Shown in pieces: positions 11,305 through 22,224 of a DNA stretch of 38,976 nt. Numbering within the stretch: position 1 is the stretch's first letter; every line of letters starts with the position of its first letter. The translations under genes were made by a program, and so were the position numbers. The stretch lies in the NCBI RefSeq assembly GCF_001194135.2, contig NC_068985.1, positions 34,868,057 through 34,907,032 of the forward strand, read 5' to 3'. The notes beneath the pieces are model-generated. The model was given only the letters and a program-made list of their open reading frames with translations. It was not told where the DNA came from and made no database searches. The stretch comes from Octopus bimaculoides. Taxonomy: Eukaryota.

Positions 11305-13190
11305 ATGGAGTATTATTATTATTATTTTGGTTTGGCTCAGGTTTGGTCTTATTCCGGGTAGGGTTTATGTGGGTAGGTATCCACAAGTTTTCAGCAGTCT
11401 TTCAAGCACTTAGAACCCTCCTGATAATCCTTGGTGTTCCTAAGAGACAATCTATCTGTAGGAGCTCTATTGGAAATCTATTTCAATCCCCTTCAGCCTG
11501 TTGTCTATATCTTTGCTTACTGTTCCCAACACGCCAATTATTATAGGCACGACCTTTACAGTTCGCATACTTCAAATTTTAAGGGATTGTATATTTTTTG
11601 TTTTTCTTCCTCTTTCTTTATGATCCTGGAATCAAACGGGCATGATGGGTCGATAAGGAAGCAACTTTGCTTTTCCTTATCTATAATTGTTATATCTGGT
11701 TTATTATTTTCTAGCTTTTTTGTTAATTTGCATTGGAAATAGGAAAGTCCCACAAAATTTTACATTTCCCTGACTCTAGTGCTGTTTTGACTCAGTGATT
11801 GTACCCTGTGTTTTCCAGCTTCAAATCCCCATTTCTGGTGCAGTTTCCAATGTAAAACTTTTACAACCTGGTTGTGCTTTCATTTCTTATATTCTTCCTG
11901 TGCCAACTTGGAGCATTCTGTCACAATGTGTGCCACTGTCTTGTTCCAAGTCCCACAGGCTCTACATTTTTCTGACACATTCCATATATATTTTTTCTCA
12001 AGTTGTTTGTTTTTATCACTTGATCTTCAGCTGCTACAATTAGGCTATCTGTTTCTTTTCTTAATTTCCCTTTTTTTAACAGAATCCAGATATATCTTCA
12101 GTGGCTCTCCAAAATTGGCCATGTAGAGATTTCTCTTCGATCTCTCAGATGTGTTCTCTTTGTCCTTTTCTCCTTTTGTGTGCCTTATCACTTGTTCTTT
12201 ATTAACTGTCTTTAGTAGTGGTTTCTGTACAGCTCTGTAAATACTCTACTAGACTTTTTCTTTCCATCTGTACACATTCTTCTACTGTTATTAAGCCTCT
12301 CCCACTCTGGTCTCTCAAGTACAGCCAGTTGATATCAGCTTTGGGATGGTGGGATCCATACCTTGTGAACAACTTCCTACTTTTTCTGTTATGTTTCTTT
12401 ATATCATTTTTGGTTCAGTCTATAATTTCAACTCCATATCTGATTAAGGGTACTGCTCTTGAATTTATTGCTTCAATAAGATTTTTGTAATTCAGCTTTG
12501 ACTGTAATAATTTTCTTAGTCTCCTTGTGTACTCCCTACTGGTAATTTGTTTCATTTTTTATCTCATCCGCTTCCAGTATTCTCAAGTACTTGTACCATT
12601 GTCCTTTCTCAACTAGTCTCACTGTTTGCCTATTTGGCATTTCAGTTCCCTGTCTTCTTTCAAATCTTCCTCATTTCATTTGCACTATAGCACACTTTTT
12701 ATTCCAAATTCCCAACTTATATTATTTGAGAAAATGCAAATAGTATGTACCAGACTTTCAAGATGTTTCTCATTTTTTGCATAAACCTTTATATCATCCA
12801 TGAAAAGGTGATTATTTTATCTGACTATTTCTTTTTCCCAAATCTTAAGCAATTTTAACCTCGGAATATTCCACATCTGATGTCCACTTTTCCGAGATTC
12901 TGTTTTCTTCTGATCAATTCAGTATTCCAATGTTTCGTACTTTCATTAAGCATTTTCACCATGTTTTTTACCATTCCAAACATGTTCATTGTTTTACTTA
13001 TCGAAATGTGTAGTACCAGGTCATATGCATTTTTGTAAACTAGCAATGCTACATTTAGTCCCATCAATCTGCATTTACAATTTCTAATTATCTTTTTATC
13101 AACTAATAATGATCTTTTGCTACCCTACTTTGTTTCCTACATCCTTTCTTGTTTTCTGGAAGTAGATTGTTAATTTCCGGATGGTTGTGT
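11305..13190 (-). mobile_element. 5'-truncated R4/Dong-like non-LTR retrotransposon, copy 2
   Basis: RT motifs YKNAYDLVLH, RCGIFRG, HLFMDDIKVYAK (12793-12804) and YKYL. Also CRACG...HIVTEC, NKPDITIID, LGTPRIIRRVL and a (TAA)n tail at ~11310-11325. Confidence 0.85.
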
Positions 13191-13194
13191 AATT

Positions 13195-13260
13195 CAGGGC
13201 TGGCCTTAAACCAATTGGACCGATTGCTCCTAATAGAGCCCTGTGCTCAAGGAGGCCATG
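13195..13260 (+). mobile_element. Possible terminus of an hAT-type MITE
   Basis: CAGGGCTGGCCTTA...ccgattgc...gagccc resembles CAGGGCCGGCC-type hAT ends. No partner end found. Confidence 0.35.
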
Positions 13261-14356
13261 TCCTACGCTGTAATATTTCACGAAGGTGGTCTCCCTGAAG
13301 TTTAAGAAAAACTACATAAAAATGCTCTTTAAAAAAGAAGAAAACATACTTTCTACACTTTAGTGATACAAGATGCCAAAAGATAAACCCATTCATCCAA
13401 AATTGCTTGGGTCAGTCTTGCTGGTATTTTTAGTGTAAGGGTCAATTGCATGTATGCATGTTTGGGTAAAATATTTGTATGTGTGTGTGTATGAGAGTAT
13501 GTATGTGGTTTGGTTGTTTAAGCGTATGGGGAATTGTATGAATATATGTGTGCATATGCTTGTGTGTGTGAGTTGTGCTGAGAAAGTGATTCACAAAAAG
13601 CAAAATCTTCCAAGGCAGAACATGGTTGTTTTCCAGAAAGGAGCTCTCAATAAAGATTCAGAATAACCACACACCCTTCTGGACTGGAGATGTCATCGTA
13701 CCATCCTACGGCAACGCCACATGTTCGTTTTCTCGTGCATAATACATGGGAAATTACATGTCCGACAATTGTGGGTGAACGGCAGGACACCGTGTTCCAT
13801 GAAAAATGTAATGGCAGTATTATTTTTACCGTAGAAATGGAGAACTCCTCCATAAAGAGTGATATTGCAACAGTTGCATAGAGTCATGATGTAAGAGCAA
13901 AATTAGGATTTTGTGTGTCTGTGCACACCTGTGTGTGAGAGAGAAATGAATAGAGATAGAGTGAGTGAAGGTGATGATGGAGGTCTTTTAAGGTACACAC
14001 TCATATAGAAAATGTGACGTCATCATGGTCATCGTATAAAATGTTTATAGTAGATAACTTAAGGAAAAGATTATAATTTTAAATTTTTGTAATTCAAATA
14101 TGTCAATGAAAATAAAGTTTAGATAGTAGTGGAAACAGTACTGAATCTTTTGATACCACAAACTTCAAAACTGATCCACACACCTCTCTCTACTCAGAAA
14201 TAAAGGGTACGTGAGCACAGCAATCTCTACAGCTCACAGAAAATGAACGACTAAAATAAGTGAAACAGCATGTTAAACATACCAGTTGTATAAGTTGGTC
14301 TTGATTTTTCGCTTTAAAGGTAAGCGATTGTCATAGAAGCAAACACGATATTGAAT

Positions 14357-16768
14357 TATAGGAAAGTTGGTTATACATCATTAGATGTATACCTGACTTT
14401 CCTATATAAAATTAAGAATATACCGGAACGCTGAACTCCAGACTATCAACTTATACAACATTTATTCAGGTGGTAAATATATACATCTTTAGCTCTTGTT
14501 GTTACAGCTTCTGATTGTGTGAGCATAGTTGTTGGGACGTTGTTATGTAGGTGTAAGCGAGCTGTCGAGTGTAAGTCCGAAAGATGGAGAGTGACAGCTA
14601 TCCACGTAAAGAGACTGTCTCTAGGTTGGAATGTTGGAGACACTCTTGGCACGTCCATGCTCTATTGCTGGCCAGCAAGAAAGAGAATGAATTGAGCGGG
14701 AACGCTTGCTTGTTTAATTCTACGCATGCGTGAGACTACGCATGCGCACGGCGTTACTACAGGGCTCCCTTGCCAGTGCGAGAAACGCACGATAATATTA
14801 AATCTGTTAGAACGCCTGAGGCAGGGTGGCCACTGAAAACCACCCACAAGATGTAGCACAAAACACACACAAAGAAAAATTTAAAAAATGAAATGTACAC
14901 TCGTGTGATACATGCATGCAATGTACAAATGAAAGAAAAACATGCAATATGGGCAGTAAATGCCACCTAGTAAAAAACAAATGAGACAATGAGAAAACAA
15001 ATCGTGATGACTACTGTCCAGGAACTGGAATCACGGAATGTGAAAGTCTGAGTGTTTGTTTTTACTGAAAGGAAAGAAAATGTATGAGTGNNNNNNNNNN
15101 NNNNNNNNNNNNNNNNNNNNNNNNNNNNNNNNNNNNNNNNNNNNNNNNNNNNNNNNNNNNNNNNNNNNNNNNNNNNNNNNNNNNNNNNNNNNNNNNNNNN
15201 NNNNNNNNNNNNNNNNNNNNNNNNNNNNNNNNNNNNNNNNNNNNNNNNNNNNNNNNNNNNNNNNNNNNNNNNNNNNNNNNNNNNNNNNNNNNNNNNNNNN
15301 NNNNNNNNNNNNNNNNNNNNNNNNNNNNNNNNNNNNNNNNNNNNNNNNNNNNNNNNNNNNNNNNNNNNNNNNNNNNNNNNNNNNNNNNNNNNNNNNNNNN
15401 NNNNNNNNNNNNNNNNNNNNNNNNNNNNNNNNNNNNNNNNNNNNNNNNNNNNNNNNNNNNNNNNNNNNNNNNNNNNNNNNNNNNNNNNNNNNNNNNNNNN
15501 NNNNNNNNNNNNNNNNNNNNNNNNNNNNNNNNNNNNNNNNNNNNNNNNNNNNNNNNNNNNNNNNNNNNNNNNNNNNNNNNNNNNNNNNNNNNNNNNNNNN
15601 NNNNNNNNNNNNNNNNNNNNNNNNNNNNNNNNNNNNNNNNNNNNNNNNNNNNNNNNNNNNNNNNNNNNNNNNNNNNNNNNNNNNNNNNNNNNNNNNNNNN
15701 NNNNNNNNNNNNNNNNNNNNNNNNNNNNNNNNNNNNNNNNNNNNNNNNNNNNNNNNNNNNNNNNNNNNNNNNNNNNNNNNNNNNNNATATATACCAAAGA
15801 TGATATACAAGTAATTACGTTATACTACGAACATTAGTGAATTCGTAAATACCAGTAATGAGACGATAGAAAAGACAACCGTATGAAATGAATAACAAGA
15901 GTTATTGTGTCGCATAAAAGATGTATGTGTATGTGAGAGTGTGAAATGCGACATATAAGAACATAATAAAAAACAGGCCGTCTATATGTATGTGAGAAAT
16001 CACAGCAGAAAGAAAGTCAGAACACGTGAGAGTTTTATACCAAGTTTTTTGAGTACACAATAGGAAAGTCACAGGCTGTAATTCTTGTCTGTTTATCGTG
16101 AGTGGAAAAATCCACTCTAACAGAGGCGAGAAAAAAAAAACCGCGCTTGTTGGTGTTGGTAATACGTAGTTCAGTCTCCATGACCGTATTTGTTCTTTTA
16201 GTCGGGTTCACCAGTTATAAGTTGGTAGACCAGAGTTCATGCTGCGTTTGTTTCTTCGTCGAATCACCACTTTATAAGAAAGTGGGTTATTGCAGCTCAG
16301 CGGGCTGCGTGATCGAATCACGTCGGGGGTCACCAGTATAGGAAAGTTGGTTATACATCATTAGATGTATACCTGACTTTCCTATATAAAATTAATGAAT
16401 ATAACGGAACGCTGAACTCCAGACTATCAACTTATACAACATTTATTCAGGTGGTAAATATATACATCTTTAACTCTTGTTGTTACAGCTTCTGATTGTG
16501 TGAGCATAGTTGTTGGGACGTTGTTATGTAGGTGTAAGAGAGCTGTCGAGTGTAAGTCCGAATGATGGAGAGTGACAGCTATCCACGTAAAGAGACTGTC
16601 TCCAGGTTGGAATGTTGGAGACACTCTTGACACGTCCATGCTCTATTGCTGGCCAGCAAGNNNNNNNNNNGACACGTCCATGCTCTATTGCTGGCCAGCA
16701 AGAAAGAGAATGAATTGAGCGGGAACGCTTGCTTGTTTAATTCTACGCATGCGCACGGCGTTACTACA
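14357..16768 (-). mobile_element. Young, apparently non-autonomous LTR retroelement (TRIM/LARD-like, Ty3/Gypsy-type features)
   Basis: Direct repeats at 14357-14761 and 16337-16768 differ by about 6 substitutions plus a 1-nt and a 16-nt indel. GAAT TSD at 14353-14356 and 16769-16772. tRNA-Trp PBS at 16316-16335, purine tract AAGGGAGCCC before the 3' LTR, and an AATAAA in each LTR. No ORF in the visible interior; a 696-N gap hides part of it. Confidence 0.92.
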
Positions 16769-17204
16769 GAATAATTCTGTCATACGTCTACTAAAAACTT
16801 CAACATACTTCCAAAATGGGACTTCTATTTTTATCTACGTGCATCTATGCGTAGATGTGTGTGTGTGTGAACCATCCCATCAGCAACAATCATCATCATC
16901 ATTTTCTTCACAGCAAGAAGCAATTGTTGCTCTGCTTCTGAAATTGTGTAGGTGTGTGGGGGGTGTTCTTTTGCAAGATGAATTAATTTTGGCAGTAAGG
17001 TCTGAACCCATTATTTCATTATCACAATTAAAAATAAATTCGAAGGATTAATATCGCACAAGTTCATACATTATTTCCATAAACTCTAATTGAAATCAAG
17101 AAGCTACCACAACCATCCCATCAGCAACGATCATCATCATCTTCACAATATTTGTACCCTTTAAAAAGAAGCAGCTGTTGTAATTTTTCTGAATTTATTT
17201 TATA

Positions 17205-17760
17205 TTGTGTACACCTAGATTGGAACTTTTACTGTATCTTGCACTAGAGAACATTATAGATTATCTGAAGACAAAACATATTGCCAATGAAAAAACGTGT
17301 GTTTGTACACATTCGATGAATTTTCAAAATTCTAGTCGTTCTATTGACGGGTTTGTGAATAGAAAGTGTGCTAAATGTAAACAAAAAAAAAAACTCTTTC
17401 CATCAGGAAAAGTACATTTACAGAAAACTCTAAGCAGCCATTATATGTAATTTTTCATTTAGTGTCTGATTTTATTTTCGAACTGCCTGTGTCGATTTCT
17501 GCAAGTATGAATTCCATTGATATAAAAACTACCGTTCAGTGGTACCAGTTCTGTAGAGATGTTTGTTCGGCAAAACTGCTGCAGGACAAAACTCTGACCC
17601 TGAACTACCACAATAACTGTGACCTCGTACGTACTGTTGTAATAACTATTCATGCTTGACAACTATCTTACACAATGGTTGAAATCTGCGGCATACAAGG
17701 AAGATCAAGTACACCTTTGACCAACGAACCTTACACAAATCCTGAATGAATATTGATGCT
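17205..17760 (+). mobile_element. Merlin / ISXO2 (IS1595-like) DNA transposase relic, frameshifted and internally deleted
   Basis: CVC...SIDGFVNRKCAKCK, then after a frameshift in an A-run LSIRKSTFTENSKQPL...IDIKTTVQWYQFCRDVCSAKLL. These match the zinc-ribbon and HTH region of ISXO2-like transposases as recalled. Confidence 0.72.
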
Positions 17761-18189
17761 CAGTCATCTCAATTACTGTTGCATACTGTGCACAAAGTTT
17801 TTTCCATTGAAAATTTCAAATGCAGAAGTTTCCTATCGCTGATTTTCCAGTTTGAGTCATTTGGAGTGCAAGAAGTTTTCGATGTTCAAATATTACCGAC
17901 TACCCTCCACTATTTTGGGCTTCCAAGCAAACATGAGAGATAGTTGAACTAATGGGAAATTTTGAGAAATATTGGTCTATTTTCGTTAATAAAAATTATA
18001 TTGGGCAATGAATATTATTTTGTATGCTAGTTTAAGTCCAATGAGCCTGCATGGACATATTTAGGATGCATAACGATTAAAATGTAACAAGACTGAGGAG
18101 AAATCAAGTGGACACTGCTACACTTTATTGAAATAAAAAAGTTTTCCCCAAATTAAACATACACAACACATTCCAATGGCCAGGCAGTC

Positions 18190-19170
18190 AGTCTGCTGCC
18201 AACTCACTCTGCACGGTGGCTTAGGTGTGCTATGATTTTTGATGCTCAGACATGTCCTCAGGTTGTGCCATCTGCAACAATTTCTAGAAGATGAATGTGT
18301 GTGGGCTCCATTTGTGAGACATGCCTTTCTGTAGCTCGTCTCCTTGACAGAGCTGCAATTCCTGGGTAAAAGATAGGCTGAGACTGGGTGCCTGGCACTT
18401 AAAATGTCATCAGGTACTCACTGTCCTCTACAAGTTGGGCAATAGGATTGGTGGATGTTCCACTTTAGCTACATACAGAGGAATGGTAGTGGGGAAGTGC
18501 AGTGATGTCCTTGGGGAGACCCTAGGCATTGACAAAGATGAAGTGGTAGGTCTATTCTAGAAGACTTTCTGGTTGGAGAATGTTATGGATAATTTCCAGA
18601 TGTCTTTGACTTGACAGTGCTACTGTGGNNNNNNNNNNCAATTTGAGATAAACTCTACAGGCACAGATGTGCTGTCAGACAAGCCTGTCCGAGGTGCTCG
18701 TAGAGTGATGAAACCGTTCTGCATGCACTTGTTCAGTGTCTGGGCATTGCTGACTTGAGGAGATATGTCGAAAAGCTGCTGTCGCATGTAAGACAGCTGT
18801 GTCTGTCAGCTGAGTCCATAATGATGATTGCCTCACCTCCCCGCTTTAATCAAGCAGGTAAGGCAGATTTCCTTAGGTGACTGTGGTGAAAGAGGTTGTC
18901 TGGTGGATGAGGCTTGAAGGAATGAGGACAGAAACATTCTTCTTTGGTAAAGCCAACATCTTTTCAAGTTTCACTTGAAAAGGAAAGTGGGGGTGGAGAG
19001 GGCGGTGCTGTCCATGAGTGAATTTATGGAAAGGTGGGTGAAAGTTTGTGAAAATGGCAAGAGTGGAGGGTACCACTTTGTGTAGACCTGTGAGTTAGAA
19101 GAAAGGAGCTGGAGAGGGCTCTCTTCCTTGGTATTCAGGGTGATCTTGGATGGTGGAGTTCCTTGATTAC
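18190..19170 (-). mobile_element. Very degenerate retroelement relic, possibly Penelope-like
   Basis: Elevated GC, with fragmentary FTNFHPPFHKFT and DRHSCLTCDSS resembling PLE post-YxDD motifs. The catalytic motif is not seen. Confidence 0.35.
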
Positions 19171-19378
19171 CCCTAGAGGTATTTTTGTATCGGGGGGGGG
19201 GGATCACTATGACTTTTTTTCTAGTTTTGTGTACTATGTATACTTCCCTTCTTCTGTGTATGTTTCTTTTTTAGTTCTTTTTATTTTATTCTATCATTCC
19301 ATCATATGTAAACTTCCACACTTTATGTTTGTCTTTGTATTGTACCCTCACCCTTCATTCTGGTGGCAAATAAAAGAA

Positions 19379-19453
19379 ATTATCATCATCATCATCATTA
19401 TTATAATCATCATTATCATCATTATCATAATCATCATCATTATTATTATTATT
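19379..19453. repeat. Compound (ATC)n/(ATT)n microsatellite
   Basis: Direct reading. It explains the poly-Ile ORF. Confidence 0.95.
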
Positions 19454-19748
19454 AAGAAAGCAAGCTGACATTATCATTAGAGCATCAGACAAGATGTGTT
19501 GCATTATTTGTTCTGAGTGTTTATGTTTTGCATTCATTTCCTGATTAGATTAAATTTGCTCTTTGTCATTTGAAGGTTGATAAAATAAAGAAAAAAGTCA
19601 AGTGGTTGATATTATGAGCTAACACACTTCCTTTCAAAATTGCTGGCTTTATGAAAAAATCAAAAAGAATTACTACTATTATGTAATAAATAAATAGCAT
19701 TAGTAGAGCATGGTATAGAATATTCTGCATTGGAATTTGAACCCAGAA

Positions 19749-19890
19749 AGTCTGTTTACATTCTGGGTTCAAATTCCAATGAAGTTGACTTTGACTTTCA
19801 TTTCTCCAGAGATCGTTGAAAGAAAGCAGCCATCTTGGGAGATTGGTATTGAGTTAGTCCCTCCTCTCATAATTGCTGATCTTTTACCTA
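19749..19890 (+). mobile_element. Degenerate tRNA-type SINE (B-box onward)
   Basis: ttctgggttcaaattccaatgaagttgactttgactttcat parallels ttatgagttcaaatttcacagaggtcagctttgtctatcat in the copy at 38440. Confidence 0.6.
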
Positions 19891-20116
19891 ATTTTTTACA
19901 AATGTGCTTTTCTAAAATTTCTTCTCTTTTGCCAATATTTATTATTAGAATTACATTATCAAAATTTGAAAAAATTGCTGACTTTATTCAAAATATATTT
20001 CTGCTTTGTTTTGTTTCCTTAATTTTTATGGGTTTTTTTTTTTTTCTTGAGTGCGCTAATTTGATGTTGTTTGGAATACTTTTTTCTTTTAATTATTTAT
20101 GTTCTGAAATTCATAG

Positions 20117-20374
20117 ATTCTCCAGAAAAAGATACCATGACATTAAATGTTTTTGGAGGAAAAGTATGTGCTGATACTCCAACCAAATTCCAGTGCAGTT
20201 GGAAAGGTGGTCATCCACCAGCAAATGTAACCCTGATGTATAAAAATGTATCAAATACTAGTAAAGAAGAAGTTGAACTTAACGTAATACCTTCCAAATT
20301 TCATCAAACAGTCAAGTGTCTGGGCATTCATATTGCTGCAAATGTGTCTCGTGAAAAGAATTTTACTATTTATT
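20117..20374 (+). CDS. Ig-superfamily membrane protein, Ig domain 3 exon
   Basis: Acceptor aattcatag, donor TATT|gtgagt, phase 1-1, 258 nt. Motifs FQCSWKGGHPPANVTL and VKC. Junctions give IE-Y-SPE and TIY-Y-PPQ. Confidence 0.85.
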
Positions 20375-20537
20375 GTGAGTATAAATGAAGTATCTTTTGA
20401 AAATTTTTATCTTCTGTATTTAGTCAACCCTGTCTTCATTTTCTTTTTTTAATTCAAATAAGAGAAAGTTATTGAAATCTAAGTCTTTTGTAAATGTTAG
20501 TTTGGCTGTAGATTTTTGAGTGAAGGAGACAATAAAC

Positions 20538-20875
20538 TGTTGTAGTGAAAAAGGTACACCCTTTCCCACGTGACAAAGTGGTATGAGTAGCCACTATCAA
20601 GTCAGACAGTCAGTCGTTGTAGGAGGTCAGTAGTAGTAGAGTCATATGAGTTCTCAGTTGGAGTCAGTTATGTGTCAGTTACGTGATATATACGAATACT
20701 AGTTACCATCAAGGTAGACGTTTCGAAGTCATTGTCTTGCGGAGCTGTTAGCAATAGCACCATAGATGAGTCAAAGATAATAAAACATGGAATACCGCCA
20801 CAACATAATAGTGGCAACAAGAATATTACAGTGCCACCAACAACATACAAGTGGACGAGGATCCACATTATAACA
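20538..20875. mobile_element. Solo LTR
   Basis: TGTTGTAGT...ATTATAACA termini (imperfect inverted repeat) flanked by the 5-bp TSD TAAAC at 20533-20537 and 20876-20880. Internal TATA-like and AATAAA motifs on the plus strand. Confidence 0.7.
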
Positions 20876-21124
20876 TAAACAATATTCTGTGATACTAAAA
20901 TGGATGAGAGTTGTATTTTACTTCTGGAACCATGTATCTAATTGTATTGTTGGAATTTGCGTGTGGTTTTATCACATAAGTTGAATATTCAGAGGGAATA
21001 AACTTCTGGTCAAATTCTGATATAAATAAATATTATTGCATGGCTAGATATTTGGGAGTTCTTTAAATTTTATTTGAGAATAGAGATAAGTAATTAGAGG
21101 GATGTCAAATTGCTGGTCTAGGTT

Positions 21125-21765
21125 ATCAAAATCAGAAAAAGAGTCATGGCTTAATTGATTAAGGAGAGATTTAACCTAGATGAGATGCAATTAAGCATTG
21201 TACCAGAAAGAAGTATTACTGATGTCATATTTCTAGTGAAAGAACTGCAGAAGTACCTGGATAAAAGTAAGCTATTGTATCTGGCATTTGTTGACCTGGA
21301 GAAAGCTTTTGACAGAGTTTACTCGTTTGGTGATCTAATAATCATTGATAAAGCTAGGAGTAGATGAATGGCTCATGTGAGCTTTATAAGCCATATACAG
21401 GGGTGCTGTCAGCAAGATGAGAATTAACAATAAGTACATTGATGAATGCTTAGTCCCTTTCTAGTTATCAAAGACTTCTAAGAGAGATTAAGATAGGGTT
21501 TGCCTGGGAATTCTTATATGCTAATGTACTTGTTCTTACAGTTGAAGCTGCTATTGTAGGATTAGAAAAAAATTACAGGTGTGAAAGTAAACCTGGAATC
21601 AAAGGGCCTCAGCATTAACTTGGCAAGCATTAAAGTCTAAGTAAATCAGAAAACTTACAAGACCCTTCTTCCATCTGGAAAATTATCTCATTTGATATGT
21701 AGAACAGGGATGGGTGGAAATTTGATATAGTGTACTCAATGAGAGTACATCTCACTGTAGTAACT
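21125..21765 (+). mobile_element. RTE LINE RT fragment
   Basis: DEMQLSIVPERSITDVIFLVKELQ...LYLAFVDLEKAFDRV (ORF 21155-21367). Confidence 0.8.
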
Positions 21766-22224
21766 CCTGAAAAATTGACGAATGTTACATTAACTATAAG
21801 GTCAAGTTCAAATTGCTCCAAGGTTATGGGTTTGTGGTGGTTTAGATCCCTAACTCTGTCTTACTATGATATTCTGTATGAGAAAACAAGTTCAATGACA
21901 ATCTTAAAATCTGAAGATTTACAGGATCTGAACAGGAATATATTTTATGAAAGAAAAGCAAAAAAGGGAGAAATGAAAAAACATCAGTGCAGTAGCAAGT
22001 GCTTCAGTTGTTTGCACACCACAAGATTGAACGGAACTTACTGAAGTAAGCCAGCACTCTTGTGGCATTACCATTCATGTATTACTATAACCATGTTATT
22101 TATAAATTTATTTTTGAAATGTGTATGGAACTGAAATTTTACATTAATTTTTATTGTATTCTCTAAACTGAAACAGCTTTCTGATTTTGTGTTTTTTTTA
22201 TTTATTTATTTTTTTTTTTTGAAG

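Noticed and set aside
13647-13887. CpG-richer patch with short ORFs on both strands
   Set aside because: No recognisable motif or splice signals. Probably an unclassified transposon fragment.
14282-14299. 13-nt inverted match between the left flank and the LTR interior
   Set aside because: Short and AT-rich, compatible with chance.
14967-15837. Long ORFs of 239-276 aa
   Set aside because: Artefacts of the N gap at 15091-15786. The same applies to the ORFs across 35806-36125.
16291-16335. Functional tRNA-Trp gene
   Set aside because: Only the 3' half is present, the CCA is genomically encoded, the anticodon loop is mutated and it is positioned as a PBS.
16629-16702. 32-nt tandem duplication inside the 5' LTR
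   Set aside because: It flanks a 10-N gap and is absent from the other LTR, so it is an assembly overlap artefact.
17463-17659. Phase-1 acceptor and 65-aa ORF as an extra exon of the Ig gene
   Set aside because: The peptide is transposase-like and only a weak donor (gtactg) precedes the stop.
20704-20878. Open frame with Ig-like words (LSCGAVSN, PPTTYKWTR)
   Set aside because: It lies inside the solo LTR, has no polypyrimidine acceptor, no donor before the stop and no second Cys.
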